A stretch of DNA of 64,000 nt from Podarcis muralis (GCF_964188315.1 NC_135671.1:14508001-14572000), one strand, 5' to 3'. Counted from the stretch's first letter, positions 37,056 to 51,136 are shown. Made by a program: numbers and translations. The notes: generated by a model from the letters alone, not told the origin.

Positions 37056-39068
37056 CCCAAGGCCAACCTATATCTATTATTTTAAATAATTTTTACTTTC
37101 AGTTTTTCAATGTGGATTTTTTGGGGGAGGGAGTGGGAATTTTCCTTTTAATTAATCCACACTGAACTGGGACTGTGCATGCTGCAGTTTCTGCACATGG
37201 GATGGAACAGAGGTGGATGTCCATCTCTAGGATTAGGTTCATAATACTCAGAACAAAATGAGTGGCAGCCCCAAATCCCCATCTTTATCAGCCTTTTCCA
37301 TTTAGGTCACCAGCTTCAAAGACTGCAGAATGCCCTTTTAAAGGCAGTGAATCCCTTCTATTTCATTCATAAAGATTAAAATCACTTTATATGAACAGGG
37401 GCTCATCTCCATTTGTCATCCAGAGACTTGCAACTCATTCCAAGATACCACATTAAGTATTATTTACAGCTCTGCTATAGATCATTCATGAGTTTAGGAA
37501 CTGTGTGGAGGATTGTAAAACATGTGCCAGTCAATGTCATTGGCTAGTGACAGCCTTTAACCTACACTTCACATTGCTATGTCGCTTCAAGATGAGGAAC
37601 AAGGATTTTAAAAGACCTTCGATAAGAAGGGATGTGCCCCTCTGTGTAGTTTTTGTGCGATCTGAATTCAGCATGAATTCAACTCCATGAGATGCAATCC
37701 CACAAAAACTGGCACATTTCCATTGATCTCACATGGTTAAATCTCTCCACTGAACTCAACAGTGCAGTGCTTTCCCTGTCCATTTAGAAGAAAGCCCCAT
37801 TGAATTCAATGAGGCTCTGCCCACTCCCCGGCAATTGAATATGAATATATGAATTGCAGCCTAAAGGGCTTAATTCTATCTAGTTTTGTCACCTGCTAGT
37901 CCAATTAAAGAACCCATTAAATGCAATGTTTATTTGAGTGACTCTGATACACATGCAAGAGTAAAGGTTTCACTAGATTTCAGTATTTCCATCATCCCAG
38001 CAATTATACTATACCCACAGGCCAAGCAAAATACCCAAATGCATCCTCCCCCTCCCATTTTAGTTCAGTTTTCTGAAGGGATGCATCTTCCGGGAAGTAA
38101 AAAACAAAACAAAACTTTTCAAATAAGTGCCAGAGTATTATTTTGCTCAGTGACAAGGAAAGCCATTAAACAGTATGCTATAAAAGTATACTGGAACACC
38201 TTAAGCATTTTCTTAATGCGGTCCCGGCATAATGCTGTTACCATAAGTATGTCATCAAGAAATTTCATGAATACATTAAAATCAAAGTGGTTATTTACAA
38301 GGGCATTTTATGAGCGCATGGACTTATCTATAACAATAATATTTACAGCAGATATATCTCCATATATATATTGCAAATGATAAAATCATCAGGGAGATTT
38401 AGGTAGGCTGGAAAATGTTGTTCCCTGGCTAAGCAACAAAATCAGCTTAAAAGAATGCATAATTTTTGCATGGTACAGAAGTGGCTAAGCAGAGTCATGC
38501 TGGGGGACCTGGGGGCCTCTGGAAGTTGTTGGACTCCAAATCCCATTAGCCCCAGCTAATGAAGGAGCATGGGAGTTGTGGTCCAGGAACATCTCCCCAT
38601 ACCTGAACTAAATCTTCTAAGCCCTATTTTATCAAAGGTTTAGAATCACTAATAAGCCACTGGGGAAGAATGTGGTGGTGTTATTAATAAAAATGGAGCT
38701 GTGGATATGTGTATGCTATATTGATCGCTGACAAACATTGGAGTTTCCATTCATCATTAGAAACAAATGTCCTTTGGTGTCACTGAAGGTCAGTGTCCTC
38801 CTGTCTTCGGCATCTCGTTGAACTATTTGTTACCAAGTTTGGCAATCCATCCTCCTCTCATTGCCTGCACACGCAAAAGTCAAGAAAAGTAATTTGAGTT
38901 TCAAATCTAAAACTTGCTTTAAAAATAAAAAAGGAAACCAAACAACATCTTGCCTTCAATAATGCAATGGATGACTAGAAACAAAAGCCCTGGTGTGAAT
39001 ATTCCTTTGACTATTCTGCTCCTTAAACGCTAAGCTTTCACTTGGATGATATCATTCCAAATGTTGGT

Positions 39069-39852
39069 TGCATGGTGAGTCCCCCCCCCCCAGTGGAAAT
39101 AATGACACATGACACAAGTATTAAGGTTAATGGGCTAAAAAAGGCCACAGCTTTATTGGTTACAGATGATGAGTGGTATTGGCTTAGGCATTGGTCTTAA
39201 CCGACTATATCCGACTTCAGCCCATCCGCTCGACGTCCGGGAATGGTTAATCACCGATAGGGGGAGTCCTGCTGATGCACATCAACTAGGAACTCCCCCT
39301 GGGGTCACCACTAGGGGGCGTGCCTTAGGCCCTCACCTCCCTAGGCTTCAGACAGGGCCAGGCCCCCCAGAATCCTTTAACGGTCTACTCTTCAGTATGC
39401 GGGGCAGGTGATGGCGCTACCTCCCCTCTTCCATCTACAGAACTATACCAAAGCCTAACCGCCAATACCGAAAAGTTGTGAAGATTTGCTACGAGGTAGG
39501 CAAAACCCAAGTGGCTGGTGCCAATTTGCCAAGTGGAAAAATTCCTATCAGGCCCCTCAACGGCAACCAACCAAGGTCCATAGCAAGGTCAAAGAACGAA
39601 ACCTTATAGGGCGTAAGGGTGGGAGAAGCAGGAACAGCTGGCAAACAGCAAAGAGGGAGAGCCCTGGCTGCATCCCACCTTTACAGGGCAGGCCACACCC
39701 CCTGAACCGGCCGATTGGCCGGCAAGGGGGTGACACAGCTGGGAATTGCCCCAATCGCGTGGGGGCTGCCCTCCACCCACCGTGTGCATGGAGGGGCTGT
39801 GAAGCCCGCAACCCCACCTCCTCCTTAGGGCATAAGTGGTTTTGTGTAACTA
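39069..39852 (-). mobile_element. Probable solo LTR (right boundary approximate)
   Basis: CpG-rich; minus strand ends ...ccatgca with AATAAA upstream. Shares aaggccaca-ctttattggttacagatg with 57578-58225. Confidence 0.6.
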
Positions 39853-41183
39853 CTGTATTAGTTTGTTGGGTAACTAGTTAGCCACCCATCCGCAGAATGC
39901 ATGCAACATGAAATCAGCTCCTGACCAATCACATGATACGCCAATCCTGGCACTCAATTGAATTAGATTAAGACAAAGCTCACTGCTTCCCAGTGGTGAA
40001 CCTTCCCTTATGGCCAAGCTTTGGGAAGTGCCATTGCTCAGCAGTAAAGCACATACATTGCATGCAAAAGGACTCAGTCACTGTTTGCAGAGGGGGACAG
40101 AATCACTCCCTGAACGTTTGATGGGGTCAGGGAGAGGAGGCTGACCCCTTGCCTTAGTTATTAACTTTATGAAGTGGCCATTGCTATATCTTTTCGGAGT
40201 GAATGCCAACTTTTAACTATACGCTGCATGAAGAAGTGTTTTGTTTTGTCTGTCTTGAATTTTCCAACAGTCACCTTTTATTGGATGGACCTGAATTCTA
40301 AAATTCTGGCTGCAGAATGTCAGAGGGAGAGAGGAAGAGAATCCTTATTTTAGAAGTAAGAAGGGAGAGAAACAAACATTCACACTACCATTCTCGGTCC
40401 AGCACAGGAACAACACCCTCAAGCTCTGGGAACAACCATAATGTATGTTCTTGACATTTAATCTTATTATTAGATCTGGAAAAGAAAGAAGAGGGAAAAC
40501 TCCCCGAAGCCTCTAAGGGCTCCAGTTATTTACCTACTCAGTAAACACTCCAACACATTCTGGCATTTGTATCTCAAATACAAGCTTGTGAATCCACAAG
40601 AGATAAAGCAAAGTCGTTGTTTTTGTGGCAGAAGGGGGTGGATCTATGTATTCAATTGATACTTGCTTGAAGACAGATTTTTTCAGATTTAGATCAGCTC
40701 TGAAGATTATCAATTCAATTCTTTCTTTTTCTTTTTCGTCACAGGCTAAGGTTTTTCACATTTGCCAGCATTACTCTGTGAAGGGAGCTAGAGCTTTTGA
40801 TATTCAAACAGAATGAAAAATGCCCACTTTTAAAACATGCAGTGTTATGTGAAAATGTATTCAGCACATCTGCTGGATACAGTTTTGCAGCAAGTAAAAA
40901 AAAAACACACCAAAAAACCATACATAAGAACCAACTAACAGCACTAGCAGGTTTGTTTATTTAATGGATTTTTATTCCACTCTTCAGCCAGAGGTTCCCA
41001 GACTGACTTCCAGTTCACAAAACATACAGTAAAAGGTCATCTCTGTTTACAATCTGAAAATACACAACACAAAAGGAAAATATACTGGGAGGGAGGAAGA
41101 AAAAAGCAAATTATTTGTTCAGAGCTAGGGTCTTATGTGTGGCTGGAATCTATCTCATGGAGTTAGATAGGGTTTCTTTTCAA

Positions 41184-41540
41184 GTAAACCACTGAGCCAT
41201 TTGGGCTTGCTGATCAGAAGGTTGGCAGTTCGAATCCCCACGACGGAGTGAGCTCCTGTTGCTCTGTCCCAGCTCCTGTCAACCTAGCACTTCAAAAGCA
41301 TACCAGTGCAAGTAGATAAATAGGTATTGCTGTGGCAGGAAGGTAAATGACATTTCCATGCGCTCTGGCATGCGTCACGGTGTTCTGTTGTGCCAGAAGC
41401 GGTTTAGTCATGATGGCCACATGGCCTAGAAAGCTGTCTGTGGACAAACGCTGGCTCCCTCAGCCTGAAAGCAAAATGAGTGCCGCAACCCCATAGTCAC
41501 CTTTGACTGGACTTAACTGTCCAGGGGTCCTTACCTTTTT
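41184..41540 (-). mobile_element. Sauria SINE, older and more diverged copy
   Basis: Reverse-complement similarity ending caggggtccttacctttt. Confidence 0.85.
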
Positions 41541-41620
41541 TTAAAAAAAAAACTTTTTTACTTAACAGCATAATCCAGTGCAGATTTACACAACAGTATG
41601 GATGCAAAGTATGGAAGTAT

Positions 41621-41983
41621 GGAACGTAGGTGGCACTGTGGTCTAAACCACTGAGCCTTGGGCTTGTCGATTGGAAGGTCGACGGTTTGAATCCCCACGA
41701 CGGGGTGAGCTCCTGTTGCTCGGTCCCAGCTCCTGCCAACCTAGCAGTTTGAAAGCACGTCAAAGTGCAAATAGAGAAATAGGTAGCGCTCTGGCGGGAA
41801 GGTAAACGGTGTTTCTGAGCGCTGCTCTGGTTTTGCCAGAAGCGGCTTAGTCATGCTGGCCACATGACCCGGAAAAACTGTCTGCAGACAAACGCCGGCT
41901 CCCTCGGCCAGTAAAGCGAGATGAGCGCCGCAACCCCAGAGTCATTCACTACTGGACTTAACTGTCAGACGTCCTTTACCTTT
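41621..41983 (-). mobile_element. Sauria SINE
   Basis: Reverse-complement copy; tatggatgcaaa is duplicated at about 41597 and 41986. Confidence 0.9.
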
Positions 41984-42109
41984 TTTATGGATGCAAAAGA
42001 ATTTCATGTGAGCCAGATATGGGTATCGCTTCTCCCCATTTTGCATTCTCTTGACTCATGCAGGACCAGAATTTGTAGGTGTGACGGTTCATTCCTTTCT
42101 TTGACACAG

Positions 42110-42144
<35 letters not shown>

Positions 42145-42484
42145 ACACCTGGGTGAACTTATCTTAAGAACTAATGCTAGTTCATCCAGTGTTCTGAGCA
42201 TACATCCGTGTTCACTCCCTGACTAGTCTGCCACTAGGTGGCAGCATGCTTGGGACAGATGGGTCGAGTAGGAGACAGGGTGGAGGAAATCACAATTCAA
42301 CTTAAAGGGCTAAGGTGTTTTTTGTGAAGTTTACCTCTTCCACCTGCCTCTATAGGAGACTAGGATGTTTTGGGTTTAACCATGGTAGGGGTTTCCTTCC
42401 CCCTGCCCCAAGGTAAATGTACTCTGGTTGGATTGGGGCAGCCTGATGCTTTGTATCCTTCAAGGGGTCATCCTCCGTTCTAGA

Positions 42485-42773
42485 CAGCCAGTGTGGTGTA
42501 GTGGTTAAGAATGGTGGACTCGTAATCTGGTGAACCGGGTTTGCTTCCCCGCTTCTCCACATGCAGCTGCTGGGTGACCTTGGGCTAGTCAAACTTCTCT
42601 GAGGTCTCTCAGCCCCACTCACCTCACAGAGTGTTTGTTGTGGGGGAGGAAGGGAAAGGAGATTGTTAGCTGCTTTGAGACTCCTTCCGGTAGTGATAAA
42701 GTGGGATATCAAATCCAAACTCCTCCTCCTCCTCCTCCTCCTCCTCCTCCTCCTCCTCCTCCTCTTCTTCTTC
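42485..42773 (+). mobile_element. Squam3 SINE with expanded (CCT)n(CTT)n tail
   Basis: Collinear with 31855-32107; ttctagac is present on both flanks. Confidence 0.85.
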
Positions 42774-45033
42774 TAGACAAGCAAGACTCCTAATGTGAGG
42801 GTCTGCTCCCTAGTAAGGACTGCTATTCTACTGCACACTTTACTTGGAATGGAAAGGATAAATATGTCCTTCTAAATTGTGGCAATTTTACAGCCTGATT
42901 CTTTGTATTCTTCTTTGGAAATAAGCTCCATTTGGTTCGACCATGGATGGATTTTACTTGTAGATAAATGTGTGTTTATGTTTGCTAACTCTCATAAGAT
43001 TATTATTACTTTCCAGGCAAATCTCTAGGAACATCAGTAATCCCTGGTAAAATCTTCCAGTCAGGAGCTGCTGGGAATTCCTGCACTAAATGCACAGTTC
43101 TGTATATGTCTACTTGGAAATAAGTCCCATTGTGTTCAGCGAGACTTAATCCTAGGTAAGTTTGCATAGGGTTGTCCCCATGTTCCTATGTAAGATTGCA
43201 TAGGTAAAGTTCCAAACCGATATGCACTTCCACGGAAGTAACTCCGACTGTACTTCATGAGTAAACATGTTTAATGAATGCACTGTAAAGAAAATGAAGA
43301 CATGTGGAAAGAAGCAAGAGGAAGCTTAAAGAGACTGCTCTATGATCTTGGTCTTGGTCTTAGACAAGGAGAAACATATACACCACCTAGTGGCCAAATT
43401 GAGAAATGCCACATTTCACAATCAATCTGCTTATTTAAAGGAAGTTATTCAGGCGTATTTAGTGGGTTAAGAGTTGACCAAAAAAGGTGTGGCCTGGATG
43501 CAGCTTCCAGAAGGAGGTGTAAGAAAACCATATGCTGCTGGGATGCGGGAAGATGCCACTTTAGACCCCCTACTCAAAAATAAATCCCACTGACTTTATG
43601 TAAGTGTACATAGAATTGCTGCCTAAAGGTGAAATCCTATAAACACATACCTGGAAGTAAGTTCCATTACCTTCTGAGTAGACATGTACAGGATTGTTCT
43701 GAAAGTCATGCAATAAGACAAGAATTGTTGCATTCCCATATTCCTCTAATTGTACTTGTGTTCCTTAAAAGAGTTCCTATGAATGAAGTTGAATTTACAC
43801 ATAGCACCAGTGACAACTCACAAAAGCCCTTGTAAACCGTGTGTGTGTGTGTCTGTGTGTTGGAAACCAAAAGAGAACCTCAAGTTCATGCATCCTTCTT
43901 CACCATAGCTGTCAACTCCCCCCCCCCCTTTTTAAGGGAAATTCCCTTATTCTGAATAGGATTCCTCACAAGAAAAGGGAAAAGTTGACAGCTATGTTCT
44001 TTACGAGTGATATTTAGAGGTGTTCATCAGATTCAAATGAATCTCAAATCCCAGTGAGAACACAAGTCAACACAAGGATCCCTGAAGCACTTTGGGGCAC
44101 CTTGGCGATCCAAACATCAAATGAATGCTACAGTCAAATGCCTCATGAAAGTAATGTCTCTAAGTTCACCATAACAGAATAACACCAGGGTGGGTAGATG
44201 GGGGGGGGGGGGAGGCAAGCACATGCCTTCTTAGGGCATAGAGAGGATTTCTAATCCTTCTTACGCAGTGCATGTAAGGGAGTGTGTGTTATTTATCCCT
44301 GATTAAGTCATACGGAATTGCTTCAGTTCCCATCTCCTGTGCCTTCTCCCTCAAGTTCTCCTTCAGCTACTCATTCTTTAGGCTCCTATTTTTCAAAACG
44401 TACTCTACACCCATCTTTCAGTCATGTTGCTTCTGAGTTTAACTTCCTGGAATCTCTTCCCAGTCATAAAAAAGTAAACAAACAAAGCTCATAATGTACT
44501 CCCCTCCCCCCACACCTAGGACATATAAGGGTTTAGTAACAGCAAAATGGACAACTTTGCAAAATGAACAATTCTTTCCCAGCCCAAATCATCCCCTTTT
44601 CATCATTCCAATCATTGGGGGGGGGGGGGCATTTCAGTGGTTTTCAGGACAGATATGAAATGGTGGTTTGCTGAAGGTGGCGGCAACAGAACCCCTTCTT
44701 CGCAATTTTACAAAGGATTTCCACCTTAAACTCACCCTTCCCTCAAAGAAGCTGGACTGCAAACATTCTTCCAGCTTTGTTTACTAAGCAGTTGGAATAT
44801 CTGTGAACATTCTGTGCCGTGATGCCCTCTCAGCAAATCAATACCAGAGGCTTCGCTGACCCAAACATGGCATGTAGTGACAGATGAATAGATATGTGCT
44901 GAGGACAAACCAGCACAGTTGGAAGATGCTATGTGCAAGGGGATTTATTTAGAGTACAGTGTATGAAATATTAAAGGCAATATACGATGTCAGGCTAGTT
45001 ACCAATTTCAGCTTGGCTCGGTTCGGAACTTAA

Positions 45034-45206
45034 ATGGAATTAAATGCTCTAGATACTTTAGCAGCTGGAATAAAAGAAGAAATGGAGAGGAAAGCAGAAA
45101 TAATTTCTTTGGGGGAGGGGAGGAGAGAAGAAGAAGAAAAGAAACCAAATCTTTCAAAGCCCCAAAGTGAGAAGGCATCTTTCAATTTGTCGTTTGGATA
45201 TGTTGG
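45034..45206 (+). CDS. Candidate first coding exon (MELNALDTLAAGIKEEMERK...FGYV)
   Basis: 57 open codons from aaATGG run exactly to a GG|gtaagt donor; the first in-frame stop lies inside the donor. Confidence 0.27.
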
Positions 45207-47116
45207 GTAAGTATCTTCTGGGTAGGGGAGATGAATTCCCAGGGTTGTTTCCTCAGCTCTGAGCAGCAGCTGGGACAATTGCAGAGCAAGCATGGCATGA
45301 GATTTATTATGGTCAGAGACCAGCTTTAGAAACACAAATGGAACTACAATCCCAATAGCAAAACAAACAATTAAAACAATATACAACAATGGATTTTAAA
45401 TTTAAAAATGCAATAAGCATATAAACAAATAAAACTTTAAGATAGACTACCTTAGAGAAATGACCCAGAGTCATGCGTAGATCCGAGTTTGGGAATTTTC
45501 TTAACAAACTAGATTGAATTGGGGGGATGGTCTGGGCCTACAGATCTGTGTGCAGAATCTGGTGACAATCCGAGTCGTTTTGTGGTCTTTGTCTAACAGG
45601 AGAAGATTGAATTTTTGCTTTACCGGGAGGTCAGCAAACCTCACCAGTTTCTCTCTGTGCCTCATCTTAAAGGGGACATCTAAAAAAATATGTGTTCAGG
45701 GCTTCCTATATCCCCCAATGGACAGGTCAGAGCAGGCAAACTTTTGCCATCTCTTCGTGTTCTTCATTTGGTGTTGGTGCCCCTGCAAGGAGAAGAGAGC
45801 TGCTGGTTCATCCCTCACCTCCATTGATTTGCAGCAGCTGACCTCCAAGCCAAGACTTCTGAGGAGGGGGGAGATTACCAAGTTGACATGGCTGACTTCT
45901 GCGCTAGGAAGGTGCTGTAAGTGTTTGAGTTTTATTTTTATCTGCTAGCTAGTGGGTGGGAGTATTTTTGTGCTGAGGCAGCCTGGAGTTATTTAACCAA
46001 GTCCTAATTATAAAGATGGAGCTGAATTCTATTCTCAGATGTGGCTCTCTGTTGTGCCAGTATCCGAGTCATTGCTTTAGGCTTGCTTCCTTTCAACAGT
46101 GACTCATACAGAGCAGAGGCAGATTTAGGGCAGTGCATCCAGCTCCGCCACACTGAGTGCCACAAGTCTAGGGGGTGCAGCAGGGCATCGCAGCTATGAA
46201 GAAGTGAATTGAGCAGAAGACAAGGGGGTGCTGAATTCTGGCCTCTCAAAGGGAGCCACTGAAATTGGAGAGACCCAAATCGTCCTCTGTACAGAGACAT
46301 GGAAGTGAATTAGGTTTATATAAAAGTAGGATTAAACACTCTAAAAATACAAACATTTTGGCATATGAGAATGAAATGTGTCTTTTTCAATGGAGGGGGT
46401 AGTTTGTGCTTCTGCTGTGGATGTTGGAGAATTCTGACAAAAAAAATGAAAGAGAAATGGAAATTGCTTCTGTTTGCTTGTTCATCCCATGTTCGGAATG
46501 GGAATCAATGCAGCAATTATTGACTGTATCTGCTGCGGCGGCGGCTTTGAGTCATAGTTGTTGAGCCCCCCCTTAAAAATTGTGTTTCCTCTGCACTGAA
46601 ATTAATGGCCTTTAAATTGAAATGGAGTGGAAATAATCACATAATTAATTGTTAAATTTGTAAGCTACATTAGTTATGTGAATAATAACATATGTTAAAT
46701 AGCAGGCAGTGAGATGAATTTTGTAGCATTTGGTGGAAACCAAACTGCAGCGGAACAGAAACAGTACTGATTGTGATGAAAATGGGTCTGAATGGAAATG
46801 ACTGCCTTCTTACATCCATGGTGTCAACTAATCAGACATTTGAGGACCACTAAGGTAATTTATTGACAATTAGAAGCTTGGCACATCTGAAAAGATCCTG
46901 AACTTTCATCAAGGAAACTGTCATCGTTTGAGGTCATTTTGTGAAAGTGAGAATGCCCAAGTAACCCCTGAATGTCTAACAAGAGATTTCAATGTCATTT
47001 TCCAAATAAATAACTTCGGGCAGTATGCTGCTAAAATCTCCAGGCATTTTCCCTTCACCAACATGACTAGAGGATCCACATGTCTTCTCTTTCAATAATA
47101 TTCTCTCCTTATTCAG

Positions 47117-47182
47117 GTCTCCTCTGACAGTTTTTGATCTTTCACTCACTCCGTTGAACACATACATTCTCAAAGACCACAG
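47117..47182 (+). CDS. Candidate 66-nt internal exon (SPLTVFDLSLTPLNTYILKDH)
   Basis: Long polypyrimidine acceptor ttctctccttattcag| and donor CAG|gtgaat. Only the phase-2 frame is open, matching the 45206 donor. Confidence 0.3.
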
Positions 47183-49986
47183 GTGAATATTTAATGACTC
47201 CCCACCCACCCATACTACCTATGTAGTTTCTTCTTCTGTTCTTTCAGTTATTAAGTATTATATATATTGTAATAAATCATTAGCTCACGGGTAAAGTGCT
47301 GAGGCAGCCATGCCAGCTCCATAGGAAACCAGCTCCTATGGGGAATGGTTGAAAGAGCTCGGGATGTTTCGCCTGAAGAAGAGAAGATGAATTAGAGATG
47401 TGATAGCTGCCTCTAAAAGGCTGTGATGCGAAAGATGGAGCAGAGTTGGGCTAAATTCACACCATGCATTGAAAGAACTAGGATACCATTTTGAACAGCC
47501 ATGGCTTCGCCCGAAGAATTATGGGAGCGTTAATTTGCTAAGGGTGCTGAGAGTTGTTAGGAGACCCCACCTCCCTTCCAGAGCTACAATTCTCAGAGTT
47601 TCCTGTGGAAAGGGATTCATTGTCAAATCACACATTGCAATGCAAGAACAGGCCCTCTTTGTGCAATGCTCTCCCCAGGGAGGCTCACCTGGCGCCTTTG
47701 TTACGTGACATGCATATATCAGGCAAAAACCTTCCTCTTTAAGCCTTTGCCTACTTAAATCATCTATGGCCTTTTAAACTGTGGTGGGGTGTTGTTTTCG
47801 CTTGCTACTATGTTATGTCTTTTTGTGTTTTCATGTTGTAAATTGGCCTGTGATCATCGGATGGAGGTACTGAAATGTAATCAATGATAATAGTTATAGT
47901 AATGATAATGGGTACAGCCTTCTTCTGCCTTGCTCCAGAGGGCAGGACTAGAATGAATGGGTGGAAACTTTCTAACGGTAAGAGCTATTTGTCTCTAGAT
48001 AAGACTGGATGATAATCACCACCACCTTATATTTACAACCTGACTACAGGCTGATATTGGGTATGGACAATTCAGACCTCGCAGCAGAAGCTACAAGTGA
48101 TTTGAACTTTTACAAATGGTGGCTGGGCTTTGCTAGCATTTCACATATAGTGCTGTTTTTAATGGAATCCCTCCTCACAGAAGTGCAGGGCTCCGATTCA
48201 AACCGAAGGAGGTAAAAAAGAGGGAGGGAAACTGAAGCTCATATTGTTCATACAGTTCTCAAATGCTCAGCTCCCAGTTGTGCAGAGGAGCCTTTGTATG
48301 TATAGTCAAACATATGTATGTACAGGACATACATGTAACATGTGGAGGTGAGGGGTGGAGTCAAGGGGGACTCCAGAAGAGACTTGCTGGGTGGGGTGGA
48401 ACTGCTTCACTGGTGCCATGATCCCTGAATCCAATAGTAATTCAGAGCTGGAATCTGCAGAGAAGCCAGCTAAGATGCTGGAATGAGTTCAGGGGACCAC
48501 TGTACCTGGGGATGGAGGATGGATGCTGCCAGGGTAAGCCAAGAAGGCCACAGCTTAGACCCACATGCGTCCCACCACATTCCACCAGATTCCTCCCACC
48601 ACTTGTCAGGGACTGGCAGGATGCTGACGAGTGTGCACCAGGAGAAGGGGGATTGGAGTCTGACTCAGGAATGGGAGCCAGTGTACCAGCCAGGAGGCAA
48701 GAGACAGGGACACAGGAAGCTTCAGAACTGGGGTGGGGTGGGGTGGAGCACAGAATGGGTCAGAAGAAGATGAAGAAGAAGCAGGTAAGTGAAAGACCAT
48801 GTGCTTCCCCACCCTTTCCTGCACTACTGTCTCCCAGAACCAGGAATGGATTGAAGAGGGAAGAGCAGAGGCAGATGCCATTCAGGTGTAGTCCCTGGAT
48901 ATGTGCTTGCAGCCCGCCAGTGGAAGGTACATAAACTGGTGGAAGGTACATAAACTGGTGGAAGGTGTGTGTTTGTGTGTCCCCCCTTGTTGCTGCAATT
49001 GCTGGGATCCACCCTTAATAACACTTCACCAGCCCAGCAGTGCAGGGAGAACACCATAGCAGGGAGGCTATGGAATTTAGCAGTACCAATCTTCAGGCTA
49101 TGTGCTTGGCCCTTGCAGGCTCTGAAGTTCTCTGTGAGGGTTTGGAGCTTGGAGGAGTTGTCCATGGTCCTGAAACATCTGATTTGTACTGTCTCCAGCA
49201 TTTGCATCTTCTCTGTGGCATCCAGCACCGAACTGGAGCCCAACACCTCACTTCCCGACATATGGGATGCTGTTGCTTACCAGGAAGAAGGAGAGAAGGG
49301 AGCCCCACTCCTTCCCCAACCCCAGAGAGTCCCATTTAGAGACTTTCTATTGCCTGCCACAAGTAGGAATTCTACCTTCGGCAGTTCTATCTGCCCACAT
49401 ATTTGGCAGGTGGAAGGGGGAGCTCTGCACCAGTGGAAGGCCAACAGAGGATGACAAAGCTGGGTGGAAGGATGCCACCTCCGAATCCATCTCCCCCGCC
49501 AGCCCAGCACAAAATGAATTTGGAATCCTCTGCCATTCTATTTTTCCCCTCTCTCTTTGTGCTGGGACAATACCACTTGGTGGGGCTAGCATGCTTTTCC
49601 CAGCTGAAATAAAATGCATATTCAGAAATGTATGAACCAAATAAAGATATTCCCTTCAGGGGACTAGATACCCGAATCTGAATTCATATCCCTATATGAA
49701 GGCATTTTGCTCCTGCCAATTCCTCCAGCAAATTGTATATCCTGCCCAAGCAGACTATCACATGCTCTGAGGCAACCGAGGGAAAACTGAGCAAACAAAA
49801 AGCCCCCAGTACATATTTTGATGCAACATAACAAAACATAGGAATATTCTTTTGCACCTAATCTATTGCCATTTCTCTCCCTCACATTTTGCATGAAGTG
49901 TGAATCCATTCCTGCTGTTTTGTGAAAGCTATTTGCATATTCTACATTTGACTTCAGTACACTGCCTGAAGAATTCTTTTTCCTGC

Positions 49987-50017
<31 letters not shown>

Positions 50018-51136
50018 CATTTAATCTTTTTCAGAATGTTTGCATTATTAACGTTTCTCACTAATTGGTCTCAGAGTACTTTATCTATTTAATTTCCAAA
50101 TGAATGCAGTCTTAGCAGAGCACCAGAGGCCAGCTTGTCTTGGGGCCCTGACTCCACCTAGCCTTTGAACATGTCATCCTAGCATCTGGTATTCAGCAAC
50201 TTTATTCATTCTTGCAGCAAAAAGAGGATCGTTTGAGAGCCTGCTTCCTGTTTAGAGCTGACAGGCTCCATCTTCTTTACAGAGTTCAAATTCCTTCTGG
50301 GTTAGACCCAGGCTAAAGTTAACTATACCTAGTTGTGACTAACTTCTCCCATAGATTTCAAGGAGACCAACAGATAGCTTTGTTTCGGTTCACATATTGT
50401 TCCAGGAAGTGTGAAATGGGTAGAAACATATTAAAATGCAAAGCAAAATAAGTTTATGTCCCATCCTAACAAGAGGTCTCTGCCTTCAAGACCTGGCACA
50501 AAAGGAAAGGGAACTTGGTGGGAAGAAGAAGAACTAACTATAATGTTCTTACTGTCAGGGAGGAGGGAAGCAAGTCTGCAGCTTCTCCTTCTCTGGCTGA
50601 TGAATAGGACCAGGTTGGTCTCTCCATTGCTATGATGCTCTTCTTGGGAAGCAGGCAGAACAGCCTTCCAGTGACCCTTGGTCCTTTGGCCAAAGGCAGA
50701 GGGCAGTGCCTAGGCAACTGATACGTATCGGATTTCACTGTAACCCTATGGTTACTTAAACTACAACTGGAATCTGCAGCCCTAGTTTCAAGAAGTACCC
50801 ATGTGGTTGCCTGCATGTAACAAGTGGACTTAAGGGTTGTGCTGAACCAGCACAAAGCTAGGTACAGAGAAGATGGGTGGGCGGAATTTGCTTCAGTTCA
50901 CATTTAAAGGCAACCCCACCTGAGTCACACTGCCTGAGCAATACACAAACCAAAGCACAGCCAACTGTTGAAATGCTCACTCCTCTGAATTTTGCAGTGC
51001 ACTTCTCCAGCCAAGTAATGTGCCCAAAAATGCATGTACTAAGGAGAAGTGTGCATAACGATGCATAGGTTCTTGAAAATGCATGATATGAGGTAAAATT
51101 GCTCTGCAAAAAAAATGTGTTAGGCAAAATGACATA

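Noticed and set aside
37886-38380. 164-aa ORF as a protein-coding gene
   Set aside because: Starts at a non-ATG codon, has no recognisable domain and no exon boundaries; the region looks more like a regulatory element.
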